Assembly (NCBI GenBank): GCA_050298595.1
Contig: JBNKUM010000033.1
Location: forward strand, 1-53,603
DNA from: Gammaproteobacteria bacterium
Lineage (GTDB): Bacteria; Pseudomonadota; Gammaproteobacteria; GCA-001735895
Length of the DNA stretch: 53,603 nt
Direction: 5' to 3'
The first letter of the stretch is position 1; every line of letters starts with the position of its first letter. The translations under genes were made by a program, and so were the position numbers. Below the pieces are notes generated by a model. That model made no database searches and was not told the DNA's origin. It was given only the letters and a program-made list of their open reading frames with translations. Shown here piece by piece: positions 48,435 through 53,603 of this stretch.

Positions 48435-50734
48435 ACAGCTGCCCTCAGGGTACGCTGCCTTTTACCCGAGTAATTTCGCAATCCTAGCGAGATAAGCAGA
48501 GCATAGCCGATGATCGCGATAATGGTAATAATTGCAGTTTGCGGGTGCTCGGATAAACGCGCAAATTGATAAAACAGGGTTGCGGTAATATAGGCTACCG
48601 AGGTAGACCAGAAGGCAACAAAACCCGCCCATAGCCCACCTGACTCACGCACGATAGCACCCATGGTCGCGACACAGGGAAAGTACAGCAGTATGAATAA
48701 TAAATAGGCAAATGCTCCAGCCTGTCCATCGAAGCGTTTTACCATCTCACCAAATATGCCACCAGAAACCGCTAAATCACCGGCTGCCGAATCCTGATTT
48801 TCCAGATTACCTACATCAAGTCCCAGAGGGTCAAGAATCTGCTCAGAAATGGCAGCCAGGTTTTCAGGTATGGTCGCCATAGAATCTTTCACCGCATTCC
48901 ATAGATTGAACTCGACGGGCTGGATGCTTGAGTCCTTCTCGACCAGTTGACCATATACGGCATCCAGCGTGCCTACAACAGCTTCCTTTGCCATCACACC
49001 TGTCAGGATACCTACCGTGGCGGGCCAGTTATCCTGTTGTATACCCATCGGTTTAAACAATGGTGTAAAGGTTTTACCGATCAGACTTAACACCGAATGT
49101 TCGCTATTTTCATTACCGATACTGCCATCGGTACCAATAGAGTTCAGTACGTTCAATGCCAGTACCATGATAATGATGACCTTACCGGCATCGCGTACAA
49201 ACAGTTTGACACGGTCCCAGGTTCTCAGGGAAATACCTTTTAGCGTAGGAATATGATAGGTCGGCAGCTCCATGATAAAGCCACTGCTCTCACCCGATAA
49301 CAGCGAGTGCTTCATAATCATACCGGTCATGATCGCCATAATGATGCCGATTAGATACAGCGCGAAAACCAGATTCTGTCCATTGGCAGGGAAAAAAGCC
49401 GCTGCAAATAAAACGTAAACCGGCAGACGTGCACCACAGGACATGAATGGATTCATAAGAATAGTCAGCTTACGCTCACGCTGGCTTTCCAGGGTTCGGG
49501 TTGCCATGACGGCCGGGACGTTACAGCCAAAGCCCACAATCATAGGCACAAAGGCTTTACCCGGCAGTCCAATACTGCGCATGAACCTATCCATCACGAA
49601 GGCAGCACGTGCCATATAGCCACTATCTTCCAGCATCGACAGAAATAGATACAGACAGGTGATGATAGGAATAAAGGTTGCTACTACCCGAATACCACCA
49701 CCCAGCCCCTGTGCCAGCACCAGAACCAGCCAGTCGGGTAAATGCATAGAGCTTAGTAAGTCACTAGCACCATCGACAAAAAAAGCACCTGCTATACCAT
49801 CGAAGAAATCAATAAAAGCACCACCAAAATTAATGGTGAACATAAACATCAGGTACATCACCAGCAGGAACAGTGGCACCCCCAGATATCGATGCAACAC
49901 TACCTGGTCGATTCGATCTGACATATAGCGTTGCACCTTACCACGCACAGTCACCACCATCTGGGTAATGGCATGCGCATGACCGAAACGTGAGTCGGCG
50001 ATAAATACATCTGCAGTTTCACCCGTCATATTCAGCAAGTGCTGCCGCCAGTGATTAACAACCTTCTCTAACTCTTCGGGTAATGTCTTTTGCTGACAGA
50101 TACTGGTATCCCCTTCCAGCAATTTCAGTGCGATCCAGTAGCTGTTATAGACTTCACTTTCTGCTGGCAATATGTCTCTAATCTCAACTATGGCACTTTC
50201 AACCTCACTATCCATGGTGAGTTTGAAACCACTCTCTACCCTTCTTTCAAGGACATCCTGTAATGCGTGTTTTAATTCGTTAACACCTTTACCGTTAACC
50301 GCCACAATACTCACCACCGGGCAGCCAAGTTTTTTTGATAGCATTTCCTGGTCAATAGTGATACCGCGTTTATGGGCGATATCCATCATATTCAAAGCCA
50401 GCACGACCGGCACACCCATTTCCAGTAACTGCACGGTCAGATAAAGGTTACGTTCCATATTGCTGGCATCCAGCACATTAACCACTACCTCGGCTTCACG
50501 ACTCAGCAGATACTGTCGAGTAACCTGCTCATCCAGTGATAATGCATCAAGGCTGTAGATACCCGGCAGATCGATCAGGGTGATCGGTTGTTTCTCGGAG
50601 AGGTTGAACTTACCCTGTTTACGTTCGACAGTAACACCTGGCCAGTTGCCTGTGGTTTGGCGTATACCTGTCAGGTAATTGAAAAGAGCAGACTTACCAC
50701 AGTTAGGATTTCCAGCAATGGCTATAGTCGTCAT
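48431..50734 (-). CDS. feoB: Ferrous iron transporter FeoB
   Basis: GNPNCGKS, GNWPGVTVE, DLPG, NMMD; gate motifs GFGCNVPA and PFMSCGARLP. Confidence 0.97.
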   Translation of the reverse strand: MTTIAIAGNPNCGKSALFNYLTGIRQTTGNWPGVTVERKQGKFNLSEKQPITLIDLPGIYSLDALSLDEQVTRQYLLSREAEVVVNVLDASNMERNLYLTVQLLEMGVPVVLALNMMDIAHKRGITIDQEMLSKKLGCPVVSIVAVNGKGVNELKHALQDVLERRVESGFKLTMDSEVESAIVEIRDILPAESEVYNSYWIALKLLEGDTSICQQKTLPEELEKVVNHWRQHLLNMTGETADVFIADSRFGHAHAITQMVVTVRGKVQRYMSDRIDQVVLHRYLGVPLFLLVMYLMFMFTINFGGAFIDFFDGIAGAFFVDGASDLLSSMHLPDWLVLVLAQGLGGGIRVVATFIPIITCLYLFLSMLEDSGYMARAAFVMDRFMRSIGLPGKAFVPMIVGFGCNVPAVMATRTLESQRERKLTILMNPFMSCGARLPVYVLFAAAFFPANGQNLVFALYLIGIIMAIMTGMIMKHSLLSGESSGFIMELPTYHIPTLKGISLRTWDRVKLFVRDAGKVIIIMVLALNVLNSIGTDGSIGNENSEHSVLSLIGKTFTPLFKPMGIQQDNWPATVGILTGVMAKEAVVGTLDAVYGQLVEKDSSIQPVEFNLWNAVKDSMATIPENLAAISEQILDPLGLDVGNLENQDSAAGDLAVSGGIFGEMVKRFDGQAGAFAYLLFILLYFPCVATMGAIVRESGGLWAGFVAFWSTSVAYITATLFYQFARLSEHPQTAIITIIAIIGYALLISLGLRNYSGKRQRTLRAAV

Positions 50735-50745
50735 AACAGCGCCAC

Positions 50746-51000
50746 TTAATCCTGTTCAATATCAGAGGTTTGCAGCATCTGTAAAAAAACATGCTGCGCT
50801 ATGCTGGCCCCAAGGGCTACTCGGCTGCCATTACTCATGACTACTACGCCATTGCTGCGTTGCTGCAAAATTGAAACCAGCTGACCTTTGCGTAACCCAA
50901 GGCTCATGAGCTTTCTTTTCAGCTCATCATCGCCATCGATGCGGCTGATAATGCCTTGAAGCCCCTTGGCGGGCTGGTTGAGGGATACGGCTTGAGTCAT
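50746..51000 (-). CDS. feoA: FeoA SH3-like protein
   Basis: RKLMSLGLRKG, SRVALG; upstream of feoB. Confidence 0.9.
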   Translation of the reverse strand: MTQAVSLNQPAKGLQGIISRIDGDDELKRKLMSLGLRKGQLVSILQQRSNGVVVMSNGSRVALGASIAQHVFLQMLQTSDIEQD

Positions 51001-51010
51001 ATACTTACCA

Positions 51011-51029
51011 AATGAGAAGGATTCTCATT
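51011..51029. promoter_or_regulatory. Fur box
   Basis: AATGAGAA-GGA-TTCTCATT, a 19-bp dyad 10 nt upstream of feoA. Confidence 0.85.
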
Positions 51030-51065
51030 AATGTATTAAGAATTGCTAATGCTGTCAATGGAAAA

Positions 51066-51464
51066 TTAGTTATCACTTAGCGACTGACTCAGGTTAGCGT
51101 CTTCCGAGTGTAGAAAATCTAACAGCTCCATTAATCGATCTTCATCCACTAACATAAGATGCGGTGTTTGCTGGAATCGGGGGTTCATTCGACGTAACCA
51201 GTGTCGCATTGCTACTCCGTCACCATTTTTGTAGCGATAGAGCAAACGATAAAAACGAATCAATCTCTCAGCCTGAACCCAGGCGCTGGAATCAGCCTGC
51301 AGTAACTTCTGCGCATTCGCCAGTTCTCCGATATCGCCACACTGCAGACCTAAAATTCGGGCTAGCTCGGCTTGATACAGATCCAGCATATCGATGACCT
51401 GAAGCACTGCTTGAGTTCGTTGCCGAGGATCATCTGAAGGCGCAGATATCTCGATCGCCGTCAT
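51066..51464 (-). CDS. Xre/MbcA/ParS-like antitoxin-type protein (orphan)
   Basis: HTH-like LYQAELARILG plus C-terminal MRHWLRRMNPRFQQTP...LLDFL. Confidence 0.65.
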   Translation of the reverse strand: MTAIEISAPSDDPRQRTQAVLQVIDMLDLYQAELARILGLQCGDIGELANAQKLLQADSSAWVQAERLIRFYRLLYRYKNGDGVAMRHWLRRMNPRFQQTPHLMLVDEDRLMELLDFLHSEDANLSQSLSDN

Positions 51465-51491
51465 ACAAAGCGAACAGAGCTTACTACTGAT

Positions 51492-51734
51492 TTATCGAGG
51501 GGTTAATAGATTGACCAGCAAAGTAGCACTTTCTGAAGCCTCACGCCCGAGATCGGTCAGATAACCGCCGTCATACTCTGTAGTCAGTCCCTTATCAAAC
51601 AGACGTTGGGCTGCAGCAATCAACCTTGGATCAGCATCGTGGTGGACTTTCAATCCTTCCATCGAGGTATCGGGAAACTTTAGCAGCAGGTTAACTTCCT
51701 GCGCCATCAACTCTGTTAAGGAGCTATCTAACAT
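51492..51734 (-). CDS. TIGR02647-family small protein
   Basis: EGLKVHHDA...AAAQRLFDKGL...DGGYLTDLG. Confidence 0.85.
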   Translation of the reverse strand: MLDSSLTELMAQEVNLLLKFPDTSMEGLKVHHDADPRLIAAAQRLFDKGLTTEYDGGYLTDLGREASESATLLVNLLTPR

Positions 51735-51772
51735 GTGAATTTTCCAGTCGTAATATTTAAAGCTGATTGAGC

Positions 51773-52381
51773 TTACATGCCATTCCCAAACTTGTCATGA
51801 ACTATTTTGGTGTTCGCACGCATCGAGATCAATGCTTTGGTATATCCCTGTAAAATATCCAGCGTCCAGTCGATGCGTTCTCGATAATAGGCATCTGAGG
51901 CATGCTCATTATCGTCTGGATTTTCATTGAGAATAGATTCCACTTTACGCAGTATTAAATGTTCAGGGATATAACATAAGCGATTGTTTTTATAACTGCT
52001 CATGCGTAACTCAGCCACCGGATAGGCACCGCCATCGCCCGATGAAATGGCAGTAATCAATGCCGGTTTATGACCCAGCTCATACTTGCCAAATAACAGG
52101 AAAAAGTTTTTCAGCCCCGCTGGAACCTGACCATGCCATTCGGGGCTGATGATGATAAAACCATCACATTCACTAAGCTCGGCTCTTATCGGCGTTAGTC
52201 GAGCATCCCAGATATCAGTGTTATCCCAGACTTCCTGTTCCCACAGGGGTAATGGGTTACCTGCCAGGGTATACACCCAGGTATCAACACCTGATACCAG
52301 AAGGCGCTGCTGCATATAACCCGCTACTTTCTCGCTTTGTGATGCGCGGCGATGACTGCCGCTGATTATTCCAATTTTCAT
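51773..52381 (-). CDS. NADPH-dependent FMN reductase (flavodoxin-like)
   Basis: IISGSHRRASQS, SPEWHGQVPAGLKNFF, KPAL, GGAYP. Confidence 0.9.
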   Translation of the reverse strand: MKIGIISGSHRRASQSEKVAGYMQQRLLVSGVDTWVYTLAGNPLPLWEQEVWDNTDIWDARLTPIRAELSECDGFIIISPEWHGQVPAGLKNFFLLFGKYELGHKPALITAISSGDGGAYPVAELRMSSYKNNRLCYIPEHLILRKVESILNENPDDNEHASDAYYRERIDWTLDILQGYTKALISMRANTKIVHDKFGNGM

Positions 52382-52428
52382 TTTTCTTACCCGACAATGG
52401 ATCGATTTTTAAAATTAACATATCGGGC

Positions 52429-52460
52429 AAAAAAAAACCCTGTCGTAATGACAGGGTTTT
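52429..52460 (-). terminator. Intrinsic terminator after the EF-G gene
   Basis: AAAACCCTGTC/GACAGGGTTTT stem with a 9-A run (T-tract on the minus strand). Confidence 0.85.
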
Positions 52461-52489
52461 AAACTACTTAAGCGAGAACAGCTAAGGAC

Positions 52490-53603
52490 CTACTTGGCCG
52501 CCGCAGCCTTACGCTCTTTAACTTCTTTGATAACTTCTTCAGACACGTTCTTAGGACATGGCAGGTAATGAGAGAATTCCATAGAGAACTGTCCACGACC
52601 TGATGTCATAGTACGCAGATCACCGATGTAACCAAACATATCTGACAGAGGAGCTTCCGCCTTGATACGTACACCGGTTGGACCTGGTTCCTGTGACTTG
52701 ATCATGCCACGGCGACGATTAAGGTCACCGATAACATCACCCACGTGATCTTCTGGAGTGAACACATCGACTTTCATGATGGGTTCAATCAACTGAGGTG
52801 AAGCCTTAGGAATAGTCTGACGATAACCACCCTTAGCCGCAATTTCGAATGCAATTGCCGAGGAGTCAACCGCGTGGAATCCACCATCCATCAGGGTTAC
52901 CTTTACGTCCAGCAGAGGGAAGCCAGCGAGTACACCTTCTTCCATCATCATCTTGAAGCCTTTTTCTACTGCAGGCCAGTATTCACGAGGAACATTACCA
53001 CCAGTAACCTTGGATTCGAAGACATAACCAGAACCTGGTTCACCTGGCTCAACAACGTAGTCGATCTTACCAAACTGACCAGAACCACCAGACTGTTTCT
53101 TGTGAGTGTAACTGTCTTCAACGCGCTGTGTAATCGTTTCACGATAAGCAACCTGAGGCTTACCCACTTCAACATCAACATTATGCGTACGACGCAGGAT
53201 GTCCACCTTGATATCCAGGTGTAATTCACCCATACCCTTGATGATGGTTTCGCCAGAGTCTTCATCGGTCTCTACACGGAACGATGGATCTTCTGCGATC
53301 ATCTTGGCCAGAGCAATACCCATTTTTTCAGAGGCACTCTTATCTTTTGGCTTGATAGCAATCGAGATAACTGGATCCGGGAATATCATAGGTTCCAGAG
53401 TTGCAGGATTGTTAGGATCACATAGTGTGTGTCCTGTCTGAACATTTTTCAGACCAACAATCGCAATGATGTCACCAGCCTGAGCAGATGAAATTTCTTC
53501 ACGTGAATCGGCATGCATTTCAACCATACGGCCGATACGCTCGGTTTTACCCGTTGCTGTATTCAACACAGTTGAACCTTTTTCCAGCTTACCGGAGTAG
53601 ACA
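52490..53603 (-). CDS. fusA: Elongation factor G (5' part outside window), probable stand-alone paralogue
   Basis: [62 protein letters not shown]; the frame stays open to the window edge. Confidence 0.96.
   Translation of the reverse strand, partial: VYSGKLEKGSTVLNTATGKTERIGRMVEMHADSREEISSAQAGDIIAIVGLKNVQTGHTLCDPNNPATLEPMIFPDPVISIAIKPKDKSASEKMGIALAKMIAEDPSFRVETDEDSGETIIKGMGELHLDIKVDILRRTHNVDVEVGKPQVAYRETITQRVEDSYTHKKQSGGSGQFGKIDYVVEPGEPGSGYVFESKVTGGNVPREYWPAVEKGFKMMMEEGVLAGFPLLDVKVTLMDGGFHAVDSSAIAFEIAAKGGYRQTIPKASPQLIEPIMKVDVFTPEDHVGDVIGDLNRRRGMIKSQEPGPTGVRIKAEAPLSDMFGYIGDLRTMTSGRGQFSMEFSHYLPCPKNVSEEVIKEVKERKAAAAK

Noticed and set aside
53567-53569. ORF-track start of EF-G
   Set aside because: Internal TTG; the G domain lies outside the window and the frame is open to the edge.

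Overview
A 53.6 kb chromosomal window, most likely from a gammaproteobacterium (inferred from gene content: fklB, rhlE, feoABC with a Fur box, hglS-ydiJ, a stand-alone EF-G paralogue; DUF302, SoxW-like and DUF3365 genes hint at a marine, possibly sulfur-oxidising lifestyle). Much of it is ordinary housekeeping and signalling content, including a hipBA-like TA pair, a hybrid kinase with four periplasmic binding domains plus an HD-GYP regulator, and an exosortase/VIT-vWA-PEP-CTERM module with a probable cognate two-component system. The most striking region is 35.1-41.9 kb. A GC-rich insert encodes two ~930-aa zinc peptidases with no visible signal peptide (M36/M4-like, and HAD fused to M1-like, the latter split by one frameshift) that share a homologous C-terminal module. 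It is preceded by a decayed integron cassette between two degenerate attC-like sites and followed by an IS1380-type miniature element. Features missing from the ORF track were read directly from the sequence: a membrane-anchored cytochrome c peroxidase-family gene and a 59-aa DUF2892-like gene divergent from an OxyR-like LysR with Cys199 but no Cys208, a leader peptide plus attenuator before a DMT transporter, a collapsed CCP/EAL pseudogene, 19-bp tandem repeats upstream of hsp20, and several MITE-like palindromes. No rRNA, tRNA or CRISPR array was recognised. All family assignments rest on motif recognition by eye, not database searches.
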